In this document: positions 1-10,650 of the stretch, in pieces | Position numbering within the stretch: the stretch's first letter is position 1 | Layout: each line of letters begins with the position of its first letter | Assembly (NCBI GenBank): GCA_018714565.1 | Contig: DVNH01000010.1 | Span: 4,563 to 68,562 of the forward strand | Origin: Candidatus Merdicola faecigallinarum | Lineage (GTDB): Bacteria; Bacillota; Clostridia; TANB77; CAG-508 | DNA: 64,000 bases | Direction of reading: 5' to 3' | The notes under the pieces: generated by a model | Told to the model about the DNA's origin: nothing | What the model saw: the letters and a program-made list of their open reading frames with translations, nothing else | Databases searched by the model: none | Position numbers and translations under genes: made by a program

Positions 1-236
1 AAAAGAAAGGCAAAGGCTTGCCTAAATACAAGCACCTTGCCTTCTCCTTCTGTCTTACCAACCTCCAGTTTTAATATAATTGGACGGTCTAACGTCAGGA
101 GTCCTTTGGATTACCAGAAAGATCAAAAAAATCAATCCGGCAGAAAGAATAATTACTTTTTTCATAAGCATTTCCTTTCTTGCAAACCAACGACTACAAT
201 TCATATTATATCACTTTTTTATATAAATACAATTTT

Positions 237-1103
237 TTACGCTTCTCTTTTCCAATAGTATAAGTATTGTTGTGCAATACCTGCAACAGAACCAAACTTT
301 CTATGTGCCAATTCCATAATCTTTTCTTTACTTACTTTATTTTCGTCCTCTTCCTTTATGTACAATTCATTCATTACTCTTCTTACCCATACGTCAATAG
401 GGAAAACATCAATTCTTTTTAATTCGGAATATAATAAAATACAATCTGCTACCTTAGTTCCTACTCCAGAAAGAGTTAACAATTCATTTTTTATTTTTTC
501 TGTATCTTTTTCTTGCTTTAATGCTTCTAAATTTACTTTTCCTTCTAAAATCATATGTGTTGTTTCATATAATCGAATATCTCGAAAACCTAGTCCTAAT
601 TTTCTAAACTCTTCTACGGAAACATCTTTCAGTTGCTCCGGGGTTGGAAAGGTATAATATATATTACTTTTCCATATCAATGGATCCCCATATGCTTTTG
701 CTAGTCTTTCAATAATCCCCTTTATTCTAGGAATATTATTATTTGCAGATATAATAAATGATATAATTGTTTCCCATAAATCCTGATTTAAAATTCGTAT
801 TCCCTTTCCGTATTCAATACTATTTCTCATCGCCTCATCTACTTTTGATAAAACTTCTTTTATTTGATTATAATCTCTTTCTAAATCAAAATAGGAAGTA
901 ATTGCATCGAATAAGTTTTCATCACTTATTCCTGTAAAAATAATTTTTCCATCTTCCTTTTTTACATTTAAAACTGTATTTCGAAAAATTCCAGTATAAC
1001 TATTATCCTTATTTCTATTCCATCTAAAACATTGTCCACAATCAAAAATATCTTTTAATCCAAATGATTCATTATCCGGTAATATTATTTTTTGTTCTTT
1101 CAT
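237..1103 (-). CDS. ogg: 8-oxoguanine DNA glycosylase / AP lyase (Ogg-type, HhH-GPD superfamily)
   Basis: 288-aa ORF with the helix-hairpin-helix motif LSGVGTKVADCILLYS and the catalytic Asp context VFPIDVWVRRV. An AGGAAGGAAG RBS precedes the ATG. Confidence 0.75.
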   Translation of the reverse strand: MKEQKIILPDNESFGLKDIFDCGQCFRWNRNKDNSYTGIFRNTVLNVKKEDGKIIFTGISDENLFDAITSYFDLERDYNQIKEVLSKVDEAMRNSIEYGKGIRILNQDLWETIISFIISANNNIPRIKGIIERLAKAYGDPLIWKSNIYYTFPTPEQLKDVSVEEFRKLGLGFRDIRLYETTHMILEGKVNLEALKQEKDTEKIKNELLTLSGVGTKVADCILLYSELKRIDVFPIDVWVRRVMNELYIKEEDENKVSKEKIMELAHRKFGSVAGIAQQYLYYWKREA

Positions 1104-1239
1104 TTTTTCTTCCTTCCTAGTTTCGATTATATTCGTTTTATTCTATTATATACAATCGCTTTTATCATAAAATCACCAACTAACAATTTCCTTCTATTTA
1201 ATAATATCATATGACATAAAGTTCGTATATATTATTTTT

Positions 1240-2130
1240 CTATTTTTTTATCAGTTCATCTTTAAATCCTTTTCCATATACTTCTCTTGCATTTGAAATG
1301 ATAATAAATGCTTTTGGATCAATCTCTTGTGCGATTTGTCTTACTCGGAGAAAATCCCTTCTTCCAGCTGCGCATAATAATACTAATTTTCGATCTTTCG
1401 TATACATTCCTTTTCCAAACAATCCCGTAGTTCCTCTCTTTAATAAATATCCAACCGCTTTTGCAATTTCTTCATTTTTATCTGATATGATAAACAATAA
1501 TTTAGTAAAATTCGTTCCTTCAAATACAATATCAATAATTTTCCCCATTAGGTAAATCGCAATTGCAGAATAAAGTCCAATTTCGAATTCTCTTAACAAT
1601 AAAATATTTGCTAAAACAATTATGACATCGATGATTACAATCATATGACTTGTTTTAACCTTTGGGCGATATTCTTTAATTAAATTAGCAATTAACTCTG
1701 TTCCTCCAGTTGTTCCTCTTCCTTTTAGTACAAATGCAGTTCCAAGTCCAACTAAGATTCCCCCATAGATACAAGCTAAAAAACGATCTTCTGTTAATGG
1801 TAGCCATCTATCAAATATATCTAGAAAGAAAGAATAGGAAAAAGAACCAATAATTGTTCTAACAAAACTTGCTCTACCTAATTTATAAAAGGTAAATATA
1901 CATAATGGTACATTCAAAATAGAAATGGTTACTCCCATAGGAATTTCTAATAAATAATATAGAATCGTTGCAATTCCAGCAAATCCTCCAGAAGATAATT
2001 GATTTGGAAGCAAAAACATAGAGGTGCCAAAGGCCATAAAGCTGGCCCCAAGTAAAATATATACAATTTCTCTTCCATATCTTTCTATCTCTAATATAAT
2101 CTTTTTTCTTTTCCAATTCATAAAAAACAC
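1240..2130 (-). CDS. YitT-family integral membrane protein (DUF161 + DUF2179 architecture)
   Basis: 296-aa multi-TM ORF with the typical YitT N-terminal membrane domain and C-terminal soluble domain. The start may instead be the internal ATG at 2121 (MNWKRKK), which has an upstream TAGGTG. Confidence 0.65.
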   Translation of the reverse strand: MFFMNWKRKKIILEIERYGREIVYILLGASFMAFGTSMFLLPNQLSSGGFAGIATILYYLLEIPMGVTISILNVPLCIFTFYKLGRASFVRTIIGSFSYSFFLDIFDRWLPLTEDRFLACIYGGILVGLGTAFVLKGRGTTGGTELIANLIKEYRPKVKTSHMIVIIDVIIVLANILLLREFEIGLYSAIAIYLMGKIIDIVFEGTNFTKLLFIISDKNEEIAKAVGYLLKRGTTGLFGKGMYTKDRKLVLLCAAGRRDFLRVRQIAQEIDPKAFIIISNAREVYGKGFKDELIKK

Positions 2131-2257
2131 CTATATTACCATTATTGGCAAATTTAGGTGTTTTTATACAGTTGCAAATTCTTCTTTTTTTACAATTTAC
2201 AAACACTATTAAAAAAAATTTATCAATTTCTTTTGTTATAAATTTTGCTCTGTTTTA

Positions 2258-3352
2258 CTATCTTTTTATTTTCTCTTTTTTCCTTCTTTCTTGTTCTTCT
2301 TCGTCTTCTAAAAAATCCTGATATGTTTTTAAAATTTCTATTTCTAGACTTCCTATTTTTATTCGATTATCTCCTACTACTTTTAAAGAAACATCATAAA
2401 TTTCTTGTAGTTTTTCTATATTCTCTTTTTTATGCCCCACTACATTGTTTAACTCACTTGGATGAACAGTTACTTGCACTTCTTTTACCTTAACATTATA
2501 TGATTTAATTTTCTCTACTATTCTATCATACCAAATACTAGATTCTACCAATTGTCGAAAAGCTGGATGGAATGGACCTGCTACTACTTCACTTTCTTTC
2601 TCTTTTGGATCAGATATTTCTTGCGTATTCTGAAGACCAATTCGAATTACCTTTATTTTTCTCTGATTAAATAAGTTCACTAATTCTTTACATCTTTCTA
2701 CAGCTTGTACTAGAGATAGTGGCTCATATTCTCCTTTTTCATATTCTTTTTCCAATTGTGTATGTTTAATTACTAATACAGGGTATATTCTTACTATTTT
2801 TGGTTTCAGTTTTATAATATCTCTTGCTGTTTTTTCTTCATCTAGTTTCGTACTATCTGGAAGTCCTACCATTATTTGATGTCCTAACTCAAAACCATAC
2901 CATCGAATTAATTTGGAAGCTTTTTTAATATCTTGAAAAGTATGTCCTCTCCCTGCTCTTTTTAAAATATAATCATCTGTAGATTGAACTCCTAATTCTA
3001 TCGTTTTCACTTTATATTTCTTTAGCATTTTTAGTATTTCTTTATTAATATAATCTGGTCTTGTTGAAATACGAATAGAATCTACTTGTTTATTTAAAAC
3101 ATATTCATAAGCTACACTTAATAATTCTTCTTGCTTATTTTTATCAATCCCTGTAAAACTTCCTCCGTAAAACGCTACTTCTTTATATATATCTCCATTT
3201 AAACCTGCTAAATATTCTTCTATTGTTTCTTTTACAATTTCTCCTGTTACTTCTTTTGTTTGTCCACTGATACTTTTTTGATTACAAAAAACACAATCAT
3301 TTGGACAACCTAAATGTGGAACAAATATAGGAATTACACATTGTTTTTTCAT
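2258..3352 (-). CDS. radical SAM protein (ELP3-like / YhcC-type) with lysine/glutamate-rich C-terminal tail
   Basis: The CPNDCVFCNQ CxxxCxxC cluster sits near the N-terminus (IPIFVPHLGCPNDCVFCNQ). An AGGAAGGG RBS is 4-5 nt upstream of the ATG. Confidence 0.7.
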   Translation of the reverse strand: MKKQCVIPIFVPHLGCPNDCVFCNQKSISGQTKEVTGEIVKETIEEYLAGLNGDIYKEVAFYGGSFTGIDKNKQEELLSVAYEYVLNKQVDSIRISTRPDYINKEILKMLKKYKVKTIELGVQSTDDYILKRAGRGHTFQDIKKASKLIRWYGFELGHQIMVGLPDSTKLDEEKTARDIIKLKPKIVRIYPVLVIKHTQLEKEYEKGEYEPLSLVQAVERCKELVNLFNQRKIKVIRIGLQNTQEISDPKEKESEVVAGPFHPAFRQLVESSIWYDRIVEKIKSYNVKVKEVQVTVHPSELNNVVGHKKENIEKLQEIYDVSLKVVGDNRIKIGSLEIEILKTYQDFLEDEEEQERRKKEKIKR

Positions 3353-3369
3353 AATGCCCTTCCTTTCTT

Positions 3370-4053
3370 TTACATTTCTTTTAATTCTTCTAATGCTTTT
3401 CTAGCAGCTTCCATTTCGGCTAATTTTTTAGAACTTCCTTGTCCAATTGCTAATTTCTTTCCATCACAACTTACTTCTGCTGTAAATTCTTTTTGATGAT
3501 CTGGCCCAGTTTCTTTAATAATCTGATACTCTATTGATACATTTCCATGTTCTTGTAATTTTTCTTGTAAAACCGTTTTATAATCCTTTAATCCAACATT
3601 TTTACTTGCTATTTCTATTTCTTCTTTTAAATTCTCTATGATAAAGGTTTCTACTGGCTTTAATCCTCCATCTAAATACATTGCTGCAATCACAGCTTCC
3701 ACACTATCTGACAATATAGATGCACTTTTGTTTCCCTGATTTACTTTCTCACTTTTTCCTAATCGTAAGAAATCACTAAAATTATGCTTTATTGCAACTT
3801 TATATAAACTTTTTTCACAAACAACACTAGCTCTAACTTTAGTCATTTCTCCTTCATTCAGATGAGTATAATTCTCATATAAATATTTACTTGAAACAAA
3901 CTCTAAAATGCTATCTCCTAAAAACTCTAATTTTTCGTTACTTGTTTGTCTATTTTCATAAGCATAAGAAGTATGAGTAAGTGCTGTATATAGTAAATTT
4001 TTATTGTGAAAAGAATATCCTATATTCTTCTCTAATTCTTCTATTTTCATCAT
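3370..4053 (-). CDS. rnc: ribonuclease III
   Basis: RNase III signature ERLEFLGDSILEF-like (EKLEFLGDSILEF) and a C-terminal dsRBD. I placed the start at the MMKIEEL ATG, preceded by AGGAGA; the ORF track extends 23 codons further upstream without an RBS. Confidence 0.9.
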   Translation of the reverse strand: MMKIEELEKNIGYSFHNKNLLYTALTHTSYAYENRQTSNEKLEFLGDSILEFVSSKYLYENYTHLNEGEMTKVRASVVCEKSLYKVAIKHNFSDFLRLGKSEKVNQGNKSASILSDSVEAVIAAMYLDGGLKPVETFIIENLKEEIEIASKNVGLKDYKTVLQEKLQEHGNVSIEYQIIKETGPDHQKEFTAEVSCDGKKLAIGQGSSKKLAEMEAARKALEELKEM

Positions 4054-4162
4054 TTTCTCCTTTCTAACTATTCTTATATTATATACTATTTTGACATATT
4101 TGCAAGCAAAACAGATCGACAATTAATAAGATTTTTTTACTTTTTCGTTATATTTTTACTCT

Positions 4163-4272
4163 ATAAAAAAAGTGGCTTTGCCATATGTACAGATTGCTTT
4201 GCAATCGCACAGGCTAAGGTGACTTAAGCTTGTTGCTCCAGAAAAATCTGTCGATTTTTCCTATGCAATAAG
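4163..4272 (+). repeat. Copy 1 of a ~110-nt structured interspersed repeat (tandem with copy 2)
   Basis: Begins AAAAAGTGGCTTTGCCATATGTACAGATTGCTTTGCAATCGCACAG and ends TTTTTCCTATGCAATAAG. It lies between the acpP 3' end and the rnc start. Confidence 0.7.
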
Positions 4273-4377
4273 AAAAGTGGTCATATGTACAGATTGCTTC
4301 GCAATCGCACAGACTGATGTAACTTAACCTTGTTACTTCAGAAATTTCTAACGAAATTTCCTACGTAATAAAAAAAG
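4273..4377 (+). repeat. Copy 2 of the ~110-nt structured interspersed repeat
   Basis: AAAAGTGGTCATATGTACAGATTGCTTCGCAATCGCACAGACTGATGTAACTTAACCTTGTTACTTCAGAAATTTCTAACGAAATTTCCTACGTAATAAAAA. It shares more than 90% identity with the copies at 24.7, 37.5 and 61.9 kb. Confidence 0.7.
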
Positions 4378-4415
4378 AAAGGTATATCCTTCTATGATAC
4401 CCCTTTCATATTTTC

Positions 4416-4655
4416 CTATACATTTTCTTTTATATAGTCTACTACATCGCTAACAGTAACGATTTTTTCTGCATCTCCATCTGGAATTTCCATATCAAAT
4501 TCTTCTTCTAAAGCCATAATTAATTCAACAATATCTAAAGAATCTGCTCCTAAATCGTCGATAAAAGATGCTTCCATTGTTACTGATGTGTCTGCAACAC
4601 CTAATTGATCTACGATAATTCCTTTTACTTTTTCAAAGATTTCTTCTGAACTCAT
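4416..4655 (-). CDS. acpP: acyl carrier protein
   Basis: 79-aa ORF containing [20 protein letters not shown] with the phosphopantetheine-attachment Ser. A GAGGAGGTG RBS precedes it. Confidence 0.92.
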   Translation of the reverse strand: MSSEEIFEKVKGIIVDQLGVADTSVTMEASFIDDLGADSLDIVELIMALEEEFDMEIPDGDAEKIVTVSDVVDYIKENV

Positions 4656-4747
4656 TTTCTATTGTACACCTCCTCTCAAGTATCATGCTTTTACTTTTAT
4701 ACACAATAATATATGTTATAAAAAAAGTCAAGCAATTTTTTAATAAA

Positions 4748-5791
4748 TTATACTAATTTTGTTTCTCTCGTTTTTTCAAATTCTTCAATCATTTTTTCAA
4801 CTGCTCTATTCTCTACAAATTGCTCTGCTTGTTTAATCGTAAAACGGAATAATTCTTCATCACTACTTCCATGTGCTTTTACTACTGGTTTTTTTACTCC
4901 TAAGAATAATGCTCCACCATAAGATTTGTAATCCATCGTTTTTGCAAATCGATTAATTGCTGGTAAACATGGTATCGAACCTAAAATGGATAAAATGTTT
5001 TTCTTTAAACTTTCTTTTAATGATCTTTTTACTAGTTTTCCGATTCCTTCTACTGCCTTTAAAAAAATATTTCCTGTGAATCCATCTGTCACAATTGCAT
5101 CAATCTTCCCTGAAAAAGCATCTCTTCCTTCTACATTTCCTACAAAATTTATATTTAATTTTTCTGCATTATCTTTTAATAATTGATAGGATTCTCTAGT
5201 AAGTTCGTTTCCTTTTGTTTCTTCTGTCCCTATATTTAAAAGGCCAATTGCTGGATTTTCAATGTTAAATGTGTTTCTTAAATATATAGAAGACATTTGT
5301 GCAAATTGTAATAAATTAATTGGCTTACAGTTGGTGTTTGATCCACAATCAATTAATAATAGTCTACTTTTATATGCCGGTAAAATACCCGCTAAAGCTG
5401 GTCTATCAATTCCTTTTATTCTACCAACTAAAAGAGTGGCTCCAGTAAGAAGTGCTCCAGAATTTCCAGCAGAAATAAAAACATCTCCTTTTCCTTCTTT
5501 CAAAAGATTAAATCCAACTACCATAGAAGAATCCTTTTTATGTTTTATTGCAACTGTAGGTGTATCTTCCATTTCGATTGTTTCTGTTGTATGATGTATT
5601 TTTAATCGATCTGAAATTTCTGAAATATCATCTTTTCCGTATAATTCTTTTACTCTTTGATTGATAACATCACGATTTCCTATTAATAATACTTCTGTCG
5701 TGCTTTTTACTTCGTTTATTGCTTGAACTGCTCCTTTTATATTTGCATCTGGTGCATTATCTCCTCCCATAGCATCTAGAAGTATAATCAT
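4748..5791 (-). CDS. plsX: phosphate acyltransferase PlsX
   Basis: N-terminus IILLDAMGGDNAP is typical of PlsX. The RBS GAGGGA is 5 nt before the second ATG (MIILLD), so I use that start; the track ORF begins two codons earlier. Confidence 0.88.
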   Translation of the reverse strand: MIILLDAMGGDNAPDANIKGAVQAINEVKSTTEVLLIGNRDVINQRVKELYGKDDISEISDRLKIHHTTETIEMEDTPTVAIKHKKDSSMVVGFNLLKEGKGDVFISAGNSGALLTGATLLVGRIKGIDRPALAGILPAYKSRLLLIDCGSNTNCKPINLLQFAQMSSIYLRNTFNIENPAIGLLNIGTEETKGNELTRESYQLLKDNAEKLNINFVGNVEGRDAFSGKIDAIVTDGFTGNIFLKAVEGIGKLVKRSLKESLKKNILSILGSIPCLPAINRFAKTMDYKSYGGALFLGVKKPVVKAHGSSDEELFRFTIKQAEQFVENRAVEKMIEEFEKTRETKLV

Positions 5792-5911
5792 AACCATCCC
5801 TCATTTCTCTATATTGTTTACTTACAATATATTATAACGTATTTATTTTATTATTTATTTTTTGAAAAATCAATAGATATTGACCAATTAGTCTGATTTC
5901 ATTCCCCTTTT

Positions 5912-5948
5912 CATCAAAAAAAGGCCTTATTTTCATAAGACCTTTTTG
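5912..5948 (-). terminator. Rho-independent terminator downstream of tuf
   Basis: On the minus strand the hairpin is AAAAAGGTCTTAT-gaaa-ATAAGGCCTTTTTTT with one U-G pair. It is followed by a U-tract and starts 12 nt after the tuf stop. Confidence 0.5.
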
Positions 5949-5959
5949 GTTGCACAATA

Positions 5960-7162
5960 TTATTCAATAATATCAGCAACAACACCTGAACCTACTGTTC
6001 TACCACCTTCACGAATAGCGAATCTTAATCCTTTTTCGATAGCAATTGGTGTGATAAGTTCGATTGTCATGTCAATGTTATCTCCTGGCATAACCATTTC
6101 TGTTCCAGCTGCTAATTCAATAACACCTGTAACGTCTGTTGTTCTGAAATAGAATTGTGGTCTATATCCATTGAAGAATGGTGTATGTCTTCCACCTTCT
6201 TCTTTTGTTAATACATATACTTGTGCTGTGAATTTTGTATGTGGATTAATTGTTCCTGGTTTTGCAAGAACTTGACCTCTTTCAATTTCTGTTCTTTGGA
6301 TTCCTCTTAAAAGAACTCCGATATTATCTCCAGCTTCAGCTTGATCTAATAATTTTCTGAACATTTCTACACCTGTAACAACAGTTTTCTTTCTTTCTGT
6401 TGTAAGACCGATGATTTCAACTTCGTCTTGGATTTTTACAACTCCTCTTTCTACTCTACCTGTTGCAACAGTTCCTCTACCTGTGATAGAGAATACGTCT
6501 TCAACTGGCATTAAGAATGGTTGATCGATTGGTCTTTCTGGTGTTGGGATATAGCTATCAACAGCATCCATTAATTCTTTCATTGGTGCATATACTGGAT
6601 CGTTAGGATCTGTTGATGTTGATTCTAATACTTGTAATGAAGATCCTTTTACAATTGGAATCTCATCTCCTGGGAAGTCATAGCTTGATAATAAGTCTCT
6701 AACATCCATTTCAACTAATTCTAATAATTCTGGATCATCAACCATATCGCATTTATTTAAGTAAACAACGATATATTTAACACCAACTTGTCTTGCAAGT
6801 AGGATGTGCTCTCTTGTTTGAGGCATTGGTCCATCAGCTGCAGAAACAACTAAGATTGCTCCGTCCATTTGAGCAGCACCAGTAATCATGTTTTTAACAT
6901 AGTCAGCATGTCCTGGGCAGTCAACGTGAGCATAGTGTCTATTTTCTGTTTCATATTCAACGTGAGCTGTGTTAATTGTAATTCCTCTTGCTTTTTCTTC
7001 TGGAGCACCATCAATTTGATCATATGCTTCAAATTGAGCTCTTCCTAATAATGATAAATATTTTGTAATAGCTGCAGTTGTTGTTGTTTTACCATGGTCA
7101 ACGTGTCCGATTGTACCAATGTTAACGTGTGGTTTTGTTCTTTCAAATTTTGCTTTAGCCAT
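5960..7162 (-). CDS. tuf: elongation factor Tu
   Basis: 400-aa ORF with [26 protein letters not shown] and the DCPGHADY GTPase motifs. An AAAGGAGG RBS precedes it. Confidence 0.97.
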   Translation of the reverse strand: MAKAKFERTKPHVNIGTIGHVDHGKTTTTAAITKYLSLLGRAQFEAYDQIDGAPEEKARGITINTAHVEYETENRHYAHVDCPGHADYVKNMITGAAQMDGAILVVSAADGPMPQTREHILLARQVGVKYIVVYLNKCDMVDDPELLELVEMDVRDLLSSYDFPGDEIPIVKGSSLQVLESTSTDPNDPVYAPMKELMDAVDSYIPTPERPIDQPFLMPVEDVFSITGRGTVATGRVERGVVKIQDEVEIIGLTTERKKTVVTGVEMFRKLLDQAEAGDNIGVLLRGIQRTEIERGQVLAKPGTINPHTKFTAQVYVLTKEEGGRHTPFFNGYRPQFYFRTTDVTGVIELAAGTEMVMPGDNIDMTIELITPIAIEKGLRFAIREGGRTVGSGVVADIIE

Positions 7163-7261
7163 TTAAAAATTCCTCCTTTAAATTTTTTGAGAATAAAGAC
7201 TCTTTCTTTATCTCTTTTTTATTTCTTTAAATTTAATAACGTAAATATTTGACACTTGCAT

Positions 7262-7289
7262 TTTATACTACTTTCCGGAAAAAAGCAAG
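7262..7289 (-). promoter_or_regulatory. Possible internal sigma-A-like promoter for tuf in the fusA-tuf spacer
   Basis: Minus strand reads TTGCTT, a 15-nt spacer, then TATAAA. The spacing is sub-optimal, so this is tentative. Confidence 0.2.
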
Positions 7290-7335
7290 CATTTTCTATA
7301 AAATAGATTGTTTCCTAAAAAACACCTTTAAAAAA

Positions 7336-9420
7336 CTATTCTGATTTTTTTGCTCTAGAAGCAACGATTTGCTCTAGTACTGATTTTGGAACTTCTTCGT
7401 AGTGAGAAGGTTCCATAGAATAAGTTCCTCTACCTTGTGTTTTTGAACGTAGGTCTGTTGCATAACCAAACATTTCAGAAAGTGGAATAAATCCTCTGAT
7501 AATTTGGTTTCCTGATCTTGCTTCCATTCCTTCCATTCTTCCACGTCTTGAGTTAATATCTCCAATAACATCTCCCATATATTCTTCTGGAACAGTTACT
7601 TCAACTTTCATAATAGGCTCTAAAATAACGGATTTTGCTTGTTTACATCCTTCTTTAAAAGCCATAGAAGCAGCAACTTTGAATGCCATTTCTGAAGAGT
7701 CAACTTCATGGTAAGAACCATCTACTAAAGTAGCTTTGAAATCGATTACTGGATATCCAGCTAAGATTCCACTTTCACTTGCTTCACGAATACCTTCTTC
7801 AATTGGTTTTACGTATTCTTTTGGAACAACACCACCAACGATTTTACTTTCGAATTGTACTCCTGATCCTGGCTCTAATGGTTCCATTTCTAGCCAAACA
7901 TGTCCGTATTGTCCACGTCCACCAGATTGACGAATGAATTTTCCTTCTACTTTAACTTTGTTTCGAATTGTTTCTTTATAAGCAACTTGTGGTTTACCTA
8001 CATTACATTCTACTTTAAATTCTCTCTTTAAACGATCAACGATAATATCTAAGTGTAATTCACCCATACCAGCGATGATTGTTTGGCCAGTTTCATGATC
8101 TGTATAAGTTTTGAAAGTTGGATCTTCTTCTGCTAATTTTGCTAAAGCAATACCCATTTTTTCACTTGCAACTTTGTCTTTTGGCTCAATTGCAATATCA
8201 ATAACTGGCTCTGGGAATTCCATAGACTCTAAGATAACAGGATTTGCTGGATCACATAAAGTATCTCCAGTTGTTACATCTTTTAATCCTACTGCTGCAA
8301 CAATATCTCCTGCATAAATTTTATCAATATCTTGTCTATGGTTAGCATGCATTAATAGAATTCTTCCGATTCTTTCTTTTTTATCTTTATTACTATTTAA
8401 TACAGTAGATCCTGAATCTAATTGTCCAGAATATACTCTCATAAAGCAAAGTTTTCCAACAAATGGATCTGTTGCAATTTTAAATGCTAATGCTGCAAAT
8501 GGTTCATTATCACTTGCTTTTCTTTCTGTTTCTTCTCCATCCATTGTAACACCTTTAATTGGTGGAATATCAATTGGAGATGGCATATAATCAACAATGG
8601 CATCTAACAATTCTTGAACACCTTTGTTTTTATATGATGATCCGCAACATACTGGAACGATCTTGTTTGCAATTGTTCCTTTTCTTAATCCTTTTTTGAT
8701 TTCTTCTGGTGTTAATTCTTCACCATCTAAATATTTCATCATTAATTCATCATCTTGTTCTGCCGCTGCTTCTACCATGTTTGCACGATATTCTTCTGCT
8801 TTTTCTTTTAAATCGTCTGGAATGTCACATTCTTCAATTTCTTTTCCTAAATCATCTTTATGAATGAATGCTCTCATTTTTATTAAATCAACAATTCCTG
8901 CAAATTCATTTTCTGCTCCAATTGGCAATTGAACTGGAATTGCATTTGCATTTAATCTTTCTTTCATTTGCGCAACACAATTGTAGAAATCTGCACCTGT
9001 AATATCCATTTTATTTACATATGCCATTCTTGGAACTTGATATTTATCAGCTTGTCTCCAAACTGTTTCTGATTGTGGTTGAACACCACCTTTTGCACAA
9101 AATACTGTTACTGAACCATCTAGTACACGAAGTGATCTTTCTACTTCAACAGTAAAGTCAACGTGTCCAGGAGTGTCAATGATGTTAATACGATTATTTA
9201 ACCAATGACATGTTGTTGCAGCAGATGTAATTGTGATACCTCTTTCTTGTTCTTGAGCCATCCAGTCCATTGTTGCTGCACCTTCGTGAGTTTCTCCTAT
9301 TTTGTGAACTCTACCTGTGTAGAAAAGAATTCTTTCTGTTGTTGTTGTTTTTCCAGCATCAATATGTGCCATGATTCCTATATTTCTCGTTCTTTCTAGT
9401 GGAAATTCTCTTCCTGCCAA
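7336..9420 (-). CDS. fusA: elongation factor G
   Basis: Contains [23 protein letters not shown]. The track ORF starts [12 protein letters not shown], but an AGAGGGGGA RBS sits 7-8 nt before an in-frame TTG, which gives the canonical (M)AGREFPLE N-terminus. I therefore call a TTG start at 9420. Confidence 0.93.
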   Translation of the reverse strand: MAGREFPLERTRNIGIMAHIDAGKTTTTERILFYTGRVHKIGETHEGAATMDWMAQEQERGITITSAATTCHWLNNRINIIDTPGHVDFTVEVERSLRVLDGSVTVFCAKGGVQPQSETVWRQADKYQVPRMAYVNKMDITGADFYNCVAQMKERLNANAIPVQLPIGAENEFAGIVDLIKMRAFIHKDDLGKEIEECDIPDDLKEKAEEYRANMVEAAAEQDDELMMKYLDGEELTPEEIKKGLRKGTIANKIVPVCCGSSYKNKGVQELLDAIVDYMPSPIDIPPIKGVTMDGEETERKASDNEPFAALAFKIATDPFVGKLCFMRVYSGQLDSGSTVLNSNKDKKERIGRILLMHANHRQDIDKIYAGDIVAAVGLKDVTTGDTLCDPANPVILESMEFPEPVIDIAIEPKDKVASEKMGIALAKLAEEDPTFKTYTDHETGQTIIAGMGELHLDIIVDRLKREFKVECNVGKPQVAYKETIRNKVKVEGKFIRQSGGRGQYGHVWLEMEPLEPGSGVQFESKIVGGVVPKEYVKPIEEGIREASESGILAGYPVIDFKATLVDGSYHEVDSSEMAFKVAASMAFKEGCKQAKSVILEPIMKVEVTVPEEYMGDVIGDINSRRGRMEGMEARSGNQIIRGFIPLSEMFGYATDLRSKTQGRGTYSMEPSHYEEVPKSVLEQIVASRAKKSE

Positions 9421-9446
9421 CTTGTTTTCCCCCTCTCGGTTATCTT

Positions 9447-9917
9447 TTACCATTTATAATGAGCAAATGCTTTATTTGCTTCTGCCATTCTATGTGTATC
9501 TTCTTTCTTCTTAAATGCTCCACCATTTCCGTTAATAGCATCTATAATTTCTCCTGCTAACTTTTCTGCCATTGTTTTTTCATGTCTTTTTCTAGCATAA
9601 GTTACAAGCCATCTTAGACCTAATGTTTGTCTTCTTTCTGGTCTAATTTCTAATGGAACTTGATATGTTGCTCCACCAACTCTTCTTGCTTTAACTTCAA
9701 GAACTGGCATAATGCTATTAAGTGCTTCTTCAAATACTTCTAGTGGATCTTTTTGCTCTTTTTCTTTTACGATGTCAAATGCATCATAAACAATTTTTTG
9801 AGCAACTGATTTTTTACCATCTAACATAATATTATTTACTAATTTTGTTACAATTTTACTATTGTATATTGGATCTGGTAAAACATCTCTTTTTGCTATA
9901 TATCCTTTTCTTGGCAC
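9447..9917 (-). CDS. rpsG: 30S ribosomal protein S7
   Basis: 156-aa ORF beginning [28 protein letters not shown]. Confidence 0.96.
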   Translation of the reverse strand: MPRKGYIAKRDVLPDPIYNSKIVTKLVNNIMLDGKKSVAQKIVYDAFDIVKEKEQKDPLEVFEEALNSIMPVLEVKARRVGGATYQVPLEIRPERRQTLGLRWLVTYARKRHEKTMAEKLAGEIIDAINGNGGAFKKKEDTHRMAEANKAFAHYKW

Positions 9918-10065
9918 TATTCTTCCCTCCTTATTATTTTTCGATACTAAATTTCAAGTATCTTAGGTACTCTGAAAAGTATCTTTACTTTTCCGTATAG
10001 TGCAATCTATTCTAAATTTAAGTACCTTAAAATTAGTAACGATTCGCACTAGTTTTACTTATTTT

Positions 10066-10479
10066 TTATTTCTTTGGTCTTTTTGCTCCATATTTAGATC
10101 TACCTTGCATTCTGTCTTTTACTCCTGCTGTATCTAGTGTTCCTCTAATAATATGGTATCTAACACCTGGAAGGTCTTTTACTCTTCCTCCTCTAATTAA
10201 AACAACACTGTGTTCTTGTAAGTTATGTCCAATTCCTGGAATGTATGAAGTAACTTCATATCCATTAGAAAGTCTAACTCTGGCAACTTTTCTTAAAGCT
10301 GAATTAGGTTTCTTTGGCGTAACTGTTTTTACAACAGTACAAACTCCTCTTTTTTGAGGTGCTCTATTATTAGTTGTTCTCTTTTTCTTAGAGTTATAAC
10401 CATGTTGTAGAGCTGGTGCTGTTGATTTTGTCATTGCTGTTTTTCTTCCTTTTCTTACTAATTGATTAATTGTTGGCAC
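10066..10479 (-). CDS. rpsL: 30S ribosomal protein S12
   Basis: Begins (M)[12 protein letters not shown]. It uses a GTG start with an AGGAGGTGA RBS 7 nt upstream. Confidence 0.96.
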   Translation of the reverse strand: MPTINQLVRKGRKTAMTKSTAPALQHGYNSKKKRTTNNRAPQKRGVCTVVKTVTPKKPNSALRKVARVRLSNGYEVTSYIPGIGHNLQEHSVVLIRGGRVKDLPGVRYHIIRGTLDTAGVKDRMQGRSKYGAKRPKK

Positions 10480-10545
10480 TTAAATTTCACCTCCTATATT
10501 TTTTAAAAAATTGCACAAATTTGGCAATTTACATTAACGCTAATT

Positions 10546-10574
10546 ATTTTATCATCATTTTCCTATAATGTCAA
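10546..10574 (-). promoter_or_regulatory. Sigma-A-type promoter of the str operon (rpsL)
   Basis: Minus strand reads TTGACA, a 17-nt spacer (ttataggaaaatgatga), then TAAAAT, about 70 nt upstream of the rpsL GTG. Confidence 0.5.
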
Positions 10575-10589
10575 TGCTTTTAGGGATAA

Positions 10590-10650
10590 AAAAAGAGAGA
10601 GACAATTCCCAAAAAAAATGGTTAATTGTCCCTCTCTCTTTCATTTTTTG
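10590..10650. terminator. Bidirectional rho-independent terminator
   Basis: GAGAGAGACAATT...AATTGTCCCTCTCTC stem (about 13 bp with one bulge), flanked by an A-run on one side and a T-run on the other. It overlaps the stop of the 10641 ORF and separates the island from the rpsL promoter. Confidence 0.5.
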
